DNA of 64,000 bases from assembly GCA_964534745.1 (NCBI GenBank), contig CAZHQW010000009.1:3777-67776 (forward strand). The letters run 5' to 3'. Positions 45,262 to 54,449 of this stretch are shown here, piece after piece; the stretch's first letter is position 1, and each line of letters begins with the position of its first letter. Source of the DNA: an uncultured Bacteroidales bacterium (lineage in GTDB: Bacteria; Bacteroidota; Bacteroidia; Bacteroidales; UBA10428). A model generated the notes under the pieces. The model saw only the letters and a program-made list of their open reading frames with translations, had not been told where the DNA came from and did no database searches. The translations under genes were made by a program, and so were the position numbers.

Positions 45262-47898
45262 ATGGGAGGGGATAAAGTATATACTAATATGAGCACCGGT
45301 CTAACCGGCCTGGACAAAGTAATTCAGGGTGTTATTCCGGGTGATAATATTATATGGCAGGTGGATTCCATTGATGATTATATCCCTTATATTAATCCTT
45401 TCTATAATGAGGCCATAAGAAATAAAATACCTCTTATATATTTCAGATTTGCTGAACATAGGGTTTTGCTACCTTCCGGCAACAAGGCAAAAACATATAT
45501 ACTGAATCCTGATGAGGGATTTGAGTCTTTTATCTCTGCAATATTCGATGTAATTGAAGAGTATGGATACGGTACATATTATATCTTTGACTGTTTGTCT
45601 GATCTCGTTGTTGAGTGGTATAGTGATCGTATGATGGCTAACTTTTTTATGCTTGCATGCCCCTATCTTTATGATTATAAGACCGTCGCATATTTTGGCA
45701 TACTGCGTAACGTGCATATGCCTATTACAATAAACGCAATTCATAATACCGCACAGATTGTATTTGATGTCTACAGGAATAAAGACATATTTTATATCCA
45801 TCCCCTGAAAGTTTACAAGCGCTATTCACCCACGATGTATATGTTGCACAGTATGGATGGAGAGGAGTTCAGACCGGTAACCAGAAGTTCTATAATATCG
45901 GAAATACTGACATCCATTCCTCAGCCGTGGCTTGATTATACTGTGCAGAGGCTGGACATATGGAGGAGAAGCTTTTTTGAAGCCCAGGAATTATATAAAA
46001 AAGATAATGTTGAACTGACAGGTAAAAAGGTTGACGAACTTTTTAAACGTCTTCTTAGAATGGCAATTACCAGGGATGCAAGGCTACTTAAGCTGGCTGA
46101 GGAGTATCTGCAGCTTTCAGATCTTATAGATATAGGTAAAAGAATGATAGGAACCGGACTTATAGGTGGTAAGTCTGTCGGTATGCTTATTGCCAGGGCT
46201 ATTTTAAATAAGGCAGATGCTCGCTGGAAGGATGTTCTTGAAGAACATGATTCATTTTTTGTCGGATCAGATGTATTCTATACCTATCTTATTAGAAATG
46301 GTTGCTGGTGGATGAGGAGAAAGCTTAAAAGCAGCGGTTCAGTGTATGATGATGCCGAGGAAGTCAGTAAAGTTATTCTTTCCGGTACCTTCCCCGATGA
46401 TATAAAGGAACAATTTACCGAAATGTTGAATTATTTCGGGCAATCACCGATAATAGTCAGATCAAGCAGCCTGCTTGAAGATGCTTACGGGAATTCGTTT
46501 TCTGGAAAGTATGAAAGTATATTCTGTGCTAACCAGGGTACTCCCGAAGAAAGACTTGAACGTTTTATGGCGGCAGTAAGAGTTGTATACGCCAGTACAA
46601 TGAAAAAGGAAGCACTGGCATACAGGACTCACTGGGGACTCATGGATCAGGATGAACAAATGGCCCTCCTTGTCCAGAGGGTATCAGGCGCAAAATATGA
46701 CAAATACTATCTGCCTCATATTGCAGGAGTAGGATTTTCCTATAATCCTTATGTATGGGATAAGGATATTGATCCTGAGGCAGGAATGGTAAGACTGGTA
46801 TTCGGACTGGGGACCAGGGCTGTTAATCGCTATGATGACGATTATATACGTATTGTAGCTTTGAATGAGCCTCTGAAACGTCCTGAGGCAAATTTTGATG
46901 AAGTAAAAAAATATACTCAGAAACGGGTTGATATTCTGGATTTATCGGTAAACCAGCTGACATCTGCTTATTTTATGGATATGGCAAAAGTAATTACCGA
47001 CGTGCCCCTTGAAATGTTTACCTCACGCGATGAAGAACTTGAACGTATAGCCAGGGAAAGAAATATGGAAAACATATTTTCTCATGTGCTTACATTTAAC
47101 AGGCTTTTATCTGACAGACAGTTTGTGAATGACCTGAGAGAGATGCTGGATGTTCTCAGAAAAGCTTATAATTTTCATGTGGATATTGAATTTACAGCCA
47201 ACTTTCAGGATGAATACAATTACAGGATAAACCTGGTTCAGTGCAGGCCATTTCAGATTACAGGGGATGTACGTGCACTCAAGATTCCTGAAAATATTGA
47301 TGACAGTAATCTGATAATAAGGACTAAGGGGCCAATCGTTGGTAACAGTATATCTGTGATAATAAACAGGGTCATTTATGTTATTCCGGATGTATATGGA
47401 AAGCTGAACATAAGTGACAGGTACTCAATTGCGAGAGTGATAGGAGAACTTACACATTCTGATAAAACGGGCATTCGGAAGGGAATGAATATTGCACTTA
47501 TAGGTCCGGGCCGATGGGGCACGACCACACCTTCGCTTGGGGTTCCCGTTGTATTTTCAGAGATAAATAATGTTTCTGTTTTATGTGAGATAGCATATAT
47601 GCATGAAGGATTAATTCCTGACGTATCACTGGGAACACACTTCTTCAATGACATTGTTGAAATGAACATGGTTTATTTTGCAATATACCCCGATAGAAAG
47701 GGCTATATTCTGAACAGTGACTTTTTTAGCAACGCGGAAAACAAACTTGCTGAATTGCATCCGAATGCCAAATTATGGGCCAATGTTATAAAGGTGATAG
47801 ATATTGATGAGGACAGGGATGATTATGTTTTAAAACTTACTCTAAATTCAATGGAACAGGAGGGTGTATTCTATATCAGCAGCAGGAAGAAGATTTGA
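45262..47898 (+). CDS. PEP/pyruvate-dikinase-type ATP-grasp (PPDK_N-like) protein with an N-terminal P-loop-less KaiC/RecA-like module
   Basis: The central region has GGKSVGML and IVRSSSLLEDAYGNSFSGKYESIFC, then ALLVQRVSG and DIEFTA...INLVQCRPF. The N-terminus reads STGLTGLDKVIQGVIPGDNIIWQVDSIDDY...LIYFRFAEH, which resembles a KaiC-type fold signature but has no GxxGxGK[ST]. Confidence 0.7.
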   Translation: MGGDKVYTNMSTGLTGLDKVIQGVIPGDNIIWQVDSIDDYIPYINPFYNEAIRNKIPLIYFRFAEHRVLLPSGNKAKTYILNPDEGFESFISAIFDVIEEYGYGTYYIFDCLSDLVVEWYSDRMMANFFMLACPYLYDYKTVAYFGILRNVHMPITINAIHNTAQIVFDVYRNKDIFYIHPLKVYKRYSPTMYMLHSMDGEEFRPVTRSSIISEILTSIPQPWLDYTVQRLDIWRRSFFEAQELYKKDNVELTGKKVDELFKRLLRMAITRDARLLKLAEEYLQLSDLIDIGKRMIGTGLIGGKSVGMLIARAILNKADARWKDVLEEHDSFFVGSDVFYTYLIRNGCWWMRRKLKSSGSVYDDAEEVSKVILSGTFPDDIKEQFTEMLNYFGQSPIIVRSSSLLEDAYGNSFSGKYESIFCANQGTPEERLERFMAAVRVVYASTMKKEALAYRTHWGLMDQDEQMALLVQRVSGAKYDKYYLPHIAGVGFSYNPYVWDKDIDPEAGMVRLVFGLGTRAVNRYDDDYIRIVALNEPLKRPEANFDEVKKYTQKRVDILDLSVNQLTSAYFMDMAKVITDVPLEMFTSRDEELERIARERNMENIFSHVLTFNRLLSDRQFVNDLREMLDVLRKAYNFHVDIEFTANFQDEYNYRINLVQCRPFQITGDVRALKIPENIDDSNLIIRTKGPIVGNSISVIINRVIYVIPDVYGKLNISDRYSIARVIGELTHSDKTGIRKGMNIALIGPGRWGTTTPSLGVPVVFSEINNVSVLCEIAYMHEGLIPDVSLGTHFFNDIVEMNMVYFAIYPDRKGYILNSDFFSNAENKLAELHPNAKLWANVIKVIDIDEDRDDYVLKLTLNSMEQEGVFYISSRKKI

Positions 47899-47945
47899 AA
47901 ATTTATAGAAGTTTTAATAATCTATTAAATCAGGCATATTTAATT

Positions 47946-50900
47946 ATGAGAAAAGAAGGTTTATATGATCCTTTGTTTGAGCATGATAGCTGTGGTGTGG
48001 GTTTTATAGCAAATATAAACGGGCAACCTTCGCATCATCTGATAACCGATGGTATAACAATATTGAAAAATCTTGTGCACCGTGGTGCTACAGGAGGTGA
48101 TCTTAAGACAGGTGACGGTGCCGGGATATTATTGCAAATACCTTACCAGTTTTTTTCAAAGGAAACGGTAAAACTGAAATTTAACATTCCTCCAGCCGGG
48201 ACATATGGCGTAGGCATGCTGTTTCTTCCTCAAAGAGAAGGAGTAAGGCAAAAAGTTATTACTGTAATTGAAAAGATTATCGGCAGGGAAGGGGGTTCCG
48301 TTTTAGGATGGAGAGATGTACCGGTGTGCCCTGGTTGTTTGGGCAAAACAGCTATTGATTCAATGCCATATATATGCCAGGTTTTTGTGGAAATACCTCC
48401 CCTCTCAGATGCAGATCTTGAAAGAAGGTTATACGTCGTTCGGCGAATAATAGAGAATGAAGTATCCAAAATGAAACTCTCATTGGATGAGTTTTATATA
48501 CCTTCATTTTCATGTAATACCGTAATTTATAAAGGATTATTCGTTGCACCCCAGTTTGAAGAGTTTTATCTTGACCTTAAAGACAAAGAATTTCAAAGCG
48601 CTATTATTATTGTACACCAGCGCTATAGCACGAATACATTCCCGTCCTGGTCACTGGCACAGCCCTTCAGGTATATAGCACATAACGGGGAGATTAATAC
48701 ACTGAGAGGCAACATCAACAAGATGAAAGCCCGTGAAAAGACGATATCCTCTGCACTATTCGGTGAAGATATTGCTAAGCTTCTGCCTATAATTAATGCA
48801 AATCTAAGTGATTCAGGAATATTTGATAACGTATTTGAGCTTCTGTTTCAAAGCGGCTTTTGCATAGAACATTCAATGATGATGATGGTGCCTGAAGCTT
48901 TCGGAAGCAGATACCATATCAGTGAAGATAAACGTGCGTTTTATGAATATCATTCGGCAATTATGGAACCGTGGGATGGTCCTGCTGCACTTATATTTAC
49001 CGATGGTATAAAAGTTGGAGCTGCCCTGGACAGAAACGGACTGAGACCTGCAAGGTATACAATTACAAAAAGCGGGAGACTGATAATGGCATCCGAGTTC
49101 GGTGTTCTTGAAATTCAGCCTGAAGATGTATTGCAGAAAGGGCATCTTTCACCGGGCAAAATGATCATGGTTGATACGCGTAAGAAGCGGATAATATATG
49201 ACAACGAGATTAAATCCACTATTTCACGCAGAAAGCCATACAGAAGGTGGCTTGAACAAAACCGCATAGAACTTAAGGGCCTGTTTCAGCCGCCGGGCCC
49301 TGTGAGTATAGGACAAGGCTCATTAACATTGAAACAGAGAGTATTCGGATATACGATCGAAGAGATAAATATGATAATTACCCCTATGGCTGAAAATGCA
49401 CAGGAGCCGGTGGGCTCAATGGGCAATGATACTGCCCTTGCAGTTCTATCGGAGAGACCCCAACTTCTATATAACTATTTCAAGCAGCTGTTCGCGCAGG
49501 TAACCAATCCGCCCATTGATCCATATCGTGAAAACCTGGTAATGTCGCTTATGAGTTTCATCGGCAGGGAGAGGAATCTTCTGGAGGAAACACCGCTGCA
49601 CTGTCACCAGCTTAAACTGCCGCATCCGATATTGACAAATGAAGATGTAGATAAGCTTCGTAAAGTTGAGATTGAGGATTTTCGTACAGCGACCGTACCC
49701 ATTCTATTCAATAAAAGCAGGGATAAGGATATTGAGAAGGCACTCAGTGAAATATGCAATGAGGTAGTTAAAAAAGTAGACGACGGATACTCGTTAATAA
49801 TCTTAAGTGACAGGGGTGTTGATGAGAATAATATGGCTGTTCCTGTTCTTCTTGCCACCGCAGCAGTGCATCACCATCTTGTAAGTGTTGGGAAAAGGCA
49901 GCTATCCGGACTTGTAGTAGAAACAGGTGAAGCCAGGGGAATTATGCATTTTGCCCTTCTTGTTAGCTATGGGGCTAGTGCTGTAAATCCATACCTGGCT
50001 TTTGAAACCATTGCCGATCTTAAGGCTAAAAGCAAGATTTCAGCAGATATTAAACTGGAGGCAGCTGTTGATAACTATATTACAGCGATAAAAAAAGGAT
50101 TGCTGAAAATAATGTCCAAAATGGGTGTTTCAACAATACGCAGTTACAGGGGAGCCCAGCTCTTTGAGGCAATCGGACTTAATGCGGAATTTATTGACAG
50201 GTATTTCCCGGGCACTCCGTCCAGAATAGGGGGAATCGGTCTGTCACAGATTTTTGAGGAATCAGTGAAGCGGCATAAAGATGCCTATGAGCTGAATAAT
50301 CAGGTAAGCGGACTTGATTCAGGCGGAAATATTCATTACCGGAGTTTTTCGGAAAAGCATATTATTTCACCTGAGGTTATTATGCTTCTGCAAAAGGCAA
50401 CAAGGGAAAATGATTTCTCTATTTTCAGGGAGTATGCCGGACTGGTTAATAACAAGGCCAGAAATCTTTGTACACTGCGGGGATTATTCAAATTCAGTGA
50501 CCGGCAGCCGGTGCCTGTTGAAGAAGTCGAACCGGAAGAGTCAATAATAAAGAGATTTGTTACATCGGCAATGTCGTTCGGTTCGATAAGCAGGGAGGCT
50601 CATGAAACCCTTGCCATTGCAATGAATAGGCTGGGAGCTGCAAGTAATTCAGGTGAGGGCGGGGAGGATGAAGAACGGTATAAGGTTTTGCCTAACGGTG
50701 ATAGCTCTAAAAGCATGATTAAGCAGGTTGCTTCGGCAAGATTCGGCGTGACAAGCAACTACCTCATTAATTCCAGGGAGTTACAGATTAAGATGGCCCA
50801 GGGTGCAAAGCCAGGGGAAGGAGGACAGCTTCCGGGACATAAGGTGAATACTATAATTGCGAAGGTGAGGCATTCCATACCGGGAGTGATGCTCATATCA

Positions 50901-52469
50901 CCGCCGCCTCATCACGATATATATTCCATTGAAGATCTGTCAGAGCTGATCTTTGATCTGAAATGTGCCAGTCCCCATGCTAAAGTATCGGTCAAGCTGG
51001 TTGCTGAGGTGGGGGTGGGGACAATAGCTGCAGGTGTGGCAAAAGGAGGTGCTGACATGGTACTTATAAGCGGCCATGACGGTGGGACGGGAGCATCTCC
51101 GGTATCATCGATAAAACATGCTGGTATACCGTGGGAAATGGGACTTGCAGAAACACAGCAGGTGCTTGTGATGAATAAATTAAGAAACCGCATACGTATA
51201 CAGGTTGATGGCAAGCTGCATACAGGAAGAGATGTAGTCATAGGAGCACTTCTTGGGGCAGATGAGTTTGGTTTTGGAACAACAGCACTTATAACCATGG
51301 GCTGTGTTATGATGAGGAAGTGCCACCTCAACACCTGTCCGGTTGGCGTAGCCACCCAGGATCCGCAGCTGAGAAAAAAATTCATAGGCAAACCCGAATA
51401 TGTGATTAACTTTATGAGGTTTATTGCCCGTGAAGTGCGCGAGATAATGGCTGGTCTCGGATTTCGTACATTTAATGAAATGATTGGCCGGTCTGATATG
51501 CTTATTGCCGATGACACAGCGGGAAACTGGAAGACAAAGAATCTCGATTTATCCGGAATTCTGCGCAGGCCCCTGGCAGGAAATAAAAGTAAGCTCCACT
51601 TCGTATCTGCAGGAAAACAAGATTTTTCAAATAATATCGATGATGAGCTTATCGCAAAATCCTTAAATGCTATCGAAAATAAGCGGCAGATAAATATGTT
51701 TGCTAATATTCGCAATTCCAACCGTGCGGTGGGGGCATCCCTGAGTGCTGAGGTTTCTAAAAGGTACGGCTCAGAGGGACTGCCTGAAAATAATGTAAGC
51801 TGCAAATTTACAGGCTCTGCAGGCCAGAGTTTCGGTGCTTTTCTTGCCCGCGGCATCACATTTGAACTTGAAGGCGAATGCAATGATTATATTGGCAAAG
51901 GACTGTCCGGGGGCAAGATCATTGTTTATCCCCCTAAAAATTCACAATTCAGGCCCCATAATAATATTATCATAGGTAATGTATGCCTTTTCGGGGCTAC
52001 CAGCGGCGAGGTTTATGTTAACGGGATGGCGGGGGAGAGATTTGCAGTAAGAAATAGCGGGGCAGTATCTGTTGTTGAGGGAATAGGTGATCACGGCTGT
52101 GAATATATGACAGGAGGTGTTGTTGTAATACTGGGGAAAACAGGTATAAACTTCGGGGCAGGAATGAGCGGAGGAATAGCATATGTGCTTGACCAGGACC
52201 AGCTGTTCGATACAAAATGTAATCTTGAAATGATTGATGTGGAACCCCTGGCCGATAAGGCTGACCACAACAGATTATATACTTTAATAAAAAACCATGT
52301 TAAATACACGGGCAGTGAATATGCCGGTCGCATACTTAAAGACTGGAATGAAATGCTGCCGCAATTTGTTAAGGTGATGCCTATTGATTACAGGAGGGCA
52401 CTTGAAAGAATAAAGAAAGAACAGTCAAAAGATACAGAAGTTGTTTCACTTACTGAGGAGGTATATTAA
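47946..52469 (+). CDS. gltB: glutamate synthase large subunit
   Basis: The amidotransferase N-terminus is MRKEGLYDPLFEHDSCGVGF. The FMN / 3Fe-4S central region and the C-terminal GXGXG beta-helix region are present. The ATG at 47946 is preferred over the tracked TTG at 47895. Confidence 0.95.
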   Translation: MRKEGLYDPLFEHDSCGVGFIANINGQPSHHLITDGITILKNLVHRGATGGDLKTGDGAGILLQIPYQFFSKETVKLKFNIPPAGTYGVGMLFLPQREGVRQKVITVIEKIIGREGGSVLGWRDVPVCPGCLGKTAIDSMPYICQVFVEIPPLSDADLERRLYVVRRIIENEVSKMKLSLDEFYIPSFSCNTVIYKGLFVAPQFEEFYLDLKDKEFQSAIIIVHQRYSTNTFPSWSLAQPFRYIAHNGEINTLRGNINKMKAREKTISSALFGEDIAKLLPIINANLSDSGIFDNVFELLFQSGFCIEHSMMMMVPEAFGSRYHISEDKRAFYEYHSAIMEPWDGPAALIFTDGIKVGAALDRNGLRPARYTITKSGRLIMASEFGVLEIQPEDVLQKGHLSPGKMIMVDTRKKRIIYDNEIKSTISRRKPYRRWLEQNRIELKGLFQPPGPVSIGQGSLTLKQRVFGYTIEEINMIITPMAENAQEPVGSMGNDTALAVLSERPQLLYNYFKQLFAQVTNPPIDPYRENLVMSLMSFIGRERNLLEETPLHCHQLKLPHPILTNEDVDKLRKVEIEDFRTATVPILFNKSRDKDIEKALSEICNEVVKKVDDGYSLIILSDRGVDENNMAVPVLLATAAVHHHLVSVGKRQLSGLVVETGEARGIMHFALLVSYGASAVNPYLAFETIADLKAKSKISADIKLEAAVDNYITAIKKGLLKIMSKMGVSTIRSYRGAQLFEAIGLNAEFIDRYFPGTPSRIGGIGLSQIFEESVKRHKDAYELNNQVSGLDSGGNIHYRSFSEKHIISPEVIMLLQKATRENDFSIFREYAGLVNNKARNLCTLRGLFKFSDRQPVPVEEVEPEESIIKRFVTSAMSFGSISREAHETLAIAMNRLGAASNSGEGGEDEERYKVLPNGDSSKSMIKQVASARFGVTSNYLINSRELQIKMAQGAKPGEGGQLPGHKVNTIIAKVRHSIPGVMLISPPPHHDIYSIEDLSELIFDLKCASPHAKVSVKLVAEVGVGTIAAGVAKGGADMVLISGHDGGTGASPVSSIKHAGIPWEMGLAETQQVLVMNKLRNRIRIQVDGKLHTGRDVVIGALLGADEFGFGTTALITMGCVMMRKCHLNTCPVGVATQDPQLRKKFIGKPEYVINFMRFIAREVREIMAGLGFRTFNEMIGRSDMLIADDTAGNWKTKNLDLSGILRRPLAGNKSKLHFVSAGKQDFSNNIDDELIAKSLNAIENKRQINMFANIRNSNRAVGASLSAEVSKRYGSEGLPENNVSCKFTGSAGQSFGAFLARGITFELEGECNDYIGKGLSGGKIIVYPPKNSQFRPHNNIIIGNVCLFGATSGEVYVNGMAGERFAVRNSGAVSVVEGIGDHGCEYMTGGVVVILGKTGINFGAGMSGGIAYVLDQDQLFDTKCNLEMIDVEPLADKADHNRLYTLIKNHVKYTGSEYAGRILKDWNEMLPQFVKVMPIDYRRALERIKKEQSKDTEVVSLTEEVY

Positions 52470-53897
52470 ATGGGTAAAATTTCAGGATTTATTGATTACA
52501 AAAGGAAGAATTATTCTTACCTGGCCAAGGAGGAACGCTTAAAGAACTATAATGAGTTTATAGTTATGAGCTCAGATGAGGAACTGCGAAATCAGGGAGC
52601 ACGCTGCATGGATTGCGGCATTCCCTTTTGCCATTCATTTGGATGTCCCGTTTACAATCTTATACCTGACTGGAATGATCTTGTTTACAGGGATAAATGG
52701 CACGAAGCATACGAGCAGCTTGAAAAGACCAATAACCTTCCGGAAATTACGGGTCGCGTATGTCCCGCCCCTTGTGAGAGTGCCTGTACGCTGTCGATTA
52801 ATGACAGTCCGGTTACTATCAAACAGCTTGAGCTGGCAATTATTGAGAATGCTTTCAGAAAGGGATGGGTTGAACCCAGGCCTGCCTTTACAGAGACAGG
52901 CAAGAAGATTGCTGTGGTAGGCTCGGGACCGGCTGGATTAGCAGCTGCGCAGCAATTAAGACGCAGCGGCCACAAAGTGGTTGTTTTTGAAAAGGATATT
53001 AAACCGGGAGGAATACTCAGATACGGGATACCTGACTTCAAGCTTGAAAAAAAGGTAATAGACAGAAGATTGGAACAGATGGAGAGAGAGGGGATAGAAT
53101 TTGTTACAGATGTTGTAATAGGTGAGGATCTGTCAGCACACTATCTGAAGAAAACATATGATGCAATACTCCTTGCTGTTGGAGCAGGAGAGCCCAGGAA
53201 CCTCGATATACCGGGAAGAGGATTTGAAGGTATATATTTTGCAATGGACTATCTGATAAAGTCAAATAAACTTGTTGCCGGCGAGCTGAAGGAACATGAG
53301 ATTATTAGTGCAAAAGATAAAGTCGTGCTTGTTATCGGGGGCGGCGATACGGGTTCCGACTGTGTCGGCACAGCAAACAGGCAGGGTGCAAAACATATTT
53401 ACCAGTTTGAAATACTTCCCATGCCCAGGATATGGAAGGAGGAGTGGAATCCCGAGTGGCCTGTCTGGCCCTCAATATTAAGAACATCATCTTCACAGGA
53501 AGAGGGGTGCGAAAGGCAATGGAATATTCTTACAAAAAAATTCACAGGCAGGGGTATAAAGCTGATGAAAGCGACTTTCTCAAAAGTAGAGTGGATAATG
53601 GATGAAAAGACAAAAAAAACGAAAATGAAGGAAGTGGGGGGATCGAATTTTACTCTTGATGTTGACATGGTCCTCCTGGCAACGGGTTTCCTGCACGCCG
53701 AGCATAGCAGGCTCCTGAGAGACCTGGGCGTAAAGTTTGATGCCAGGGGCAATATACAAGCAAATAATAACTATTCGACAAATGTTCCCGCTATATTTGT
53801 TGCAGGTGACGCCTCCCTGGGAGCTTCACTGGTAGTGAGAGCCATATACCAGGGGCGTGAGGCCGCAAAGGAGATTAACAGGTTTCTGGGTAAATAG
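52470..53897 (+). CDS. gltD: glutamate synthase small subunit (NAD(P)H-dependent)
   Basis: Contains the Cys clusters CMDCGIPFC and CPAPCESAC, plus VAVVGSGPAGLAAA and VIGGGDTGSDC. The ATG directly abuts the gltB stop, and GGAGG lies 8 nt upstream. Confidence 0.93.
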   Translation: MGKISGFIDYKRKNYSYLAKEERLKNYNEFIVMSSDEELRNQGARCMDCGIPFCHSFGCPVYNLIPDWNDLVYRDKWHEAYEQLEKTNNLPEITGRVCPAPCESACTLSINDSPVTIKQLELAIIENAFRKGWVEPRPAFTETGKKIAVVGSGPAGLAAAQQLRRSGHKVVVFEKDIKPGGILRYGIPDFKLEKKVIDRRLEQMEREGIEFVTDVVIGEDLSAHYLKKTYDAILLAVGAGEPRNLDIPGRGFEGIYFAMDYLIKSNKLVAGELKEHEIISAKDKVVLVIGGGDTGSDCVGTANRQGAKHIYQFEILPMPRIWKEEWNPEWPVWPSILRTSSSQEEGCERQWNILTKKFTGRGIKLMKATFSKVEWIMDEKTKKTKMKEVGGSNFTLDVDMVLLATGFLHAEHSRLLRDLGVKFDARGNIQANNNYSTNVPAIFVAGDASLGASLVVRAIYQGREAAKEINRFLGK

Positions 53898-53960
53898 GAT
53901 TACTGACAATATATTCCATAATATTTTATATCTTGCCGGTATAATTCTTTATAATAGGTC

Positions 53961-54449
53961 ATGGATAAAAAAGACGATAATGCCGGATGTCCCTTTTGCG
54001 GGCCCGGACTGCGGAACCTGTCTTTTTATGAGAGCCCTGAATTCATAGCCATATATAATGTAGCCCCAATTTTGCCCGGACATGCACTGGTTATTCCCAA
54101 AGCACATATTATTAGCTTTTTTGAACTGTCGGACCGGGAACTTTTTGAATTCATAAAATTCAGCAGGACCGTAATAAAGATACTGGCAAAAGCATTCAAT
54201 ACTGAAGCATTTAACTGGACGCTGCAGGAAAAAGCTGAAGCGGGACAGTCAATTGCACACATGCATATTCATATCATGCCCAGAAAGCCGGAAGATCTGG
54301 CCCATCCCGGAGACTGGTATCCCAAATTAAAATATAATATCAATGATATTCTTGACAGCCATAAAAGAGAGAGGTTAACAGATGATCAGCTGAGAACGAT
54401 TGTTGAAAAACTAAGAAGCATATCTGCCGAATTCAGTCGTCAACTTTAA
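53961..54449 (+). CDS. HIT family protein
   Basis: The histidine triad is SIAHMHIHIMPR, with NVAPILPGHALVIPK. Confidence 0.85.
   Translation: MDKKDDNAGCPFCGPGLRNLSFYESPEFIAIYNVAPILPGHALVIPKAHIISFFELSDRELFEFIKFSRTVIKILAKAFNTEAFNWTLQEKAEAGQSIAHMHIHIMPRKPEDLAHPGDWYPKLKYNINDILDSHKRERLTDDQLRTIVEKLRSISAEFSRQL

Noticed and set aside
47895-47945. TTG start for gltB that would overlap the upstream stop codon.
   Set aside because: The ATG at 47946 yields the conserved N-terminus just ahead of the catalytic Cys (MRKEGLYDPLFEHDSCGVGF). The 17 extra residues have no counterpart in GltB proteins that I recognise.
50912-51883. 323-aa ORF on the minus strand inside gltB.
   Set aside because: It is entirely antisense to a high-confidence, motif-rich gltB frame. 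Its translation is low-complexity (S/P/A-rich) with no recognisable motif, which is typical of a shadow ORF.
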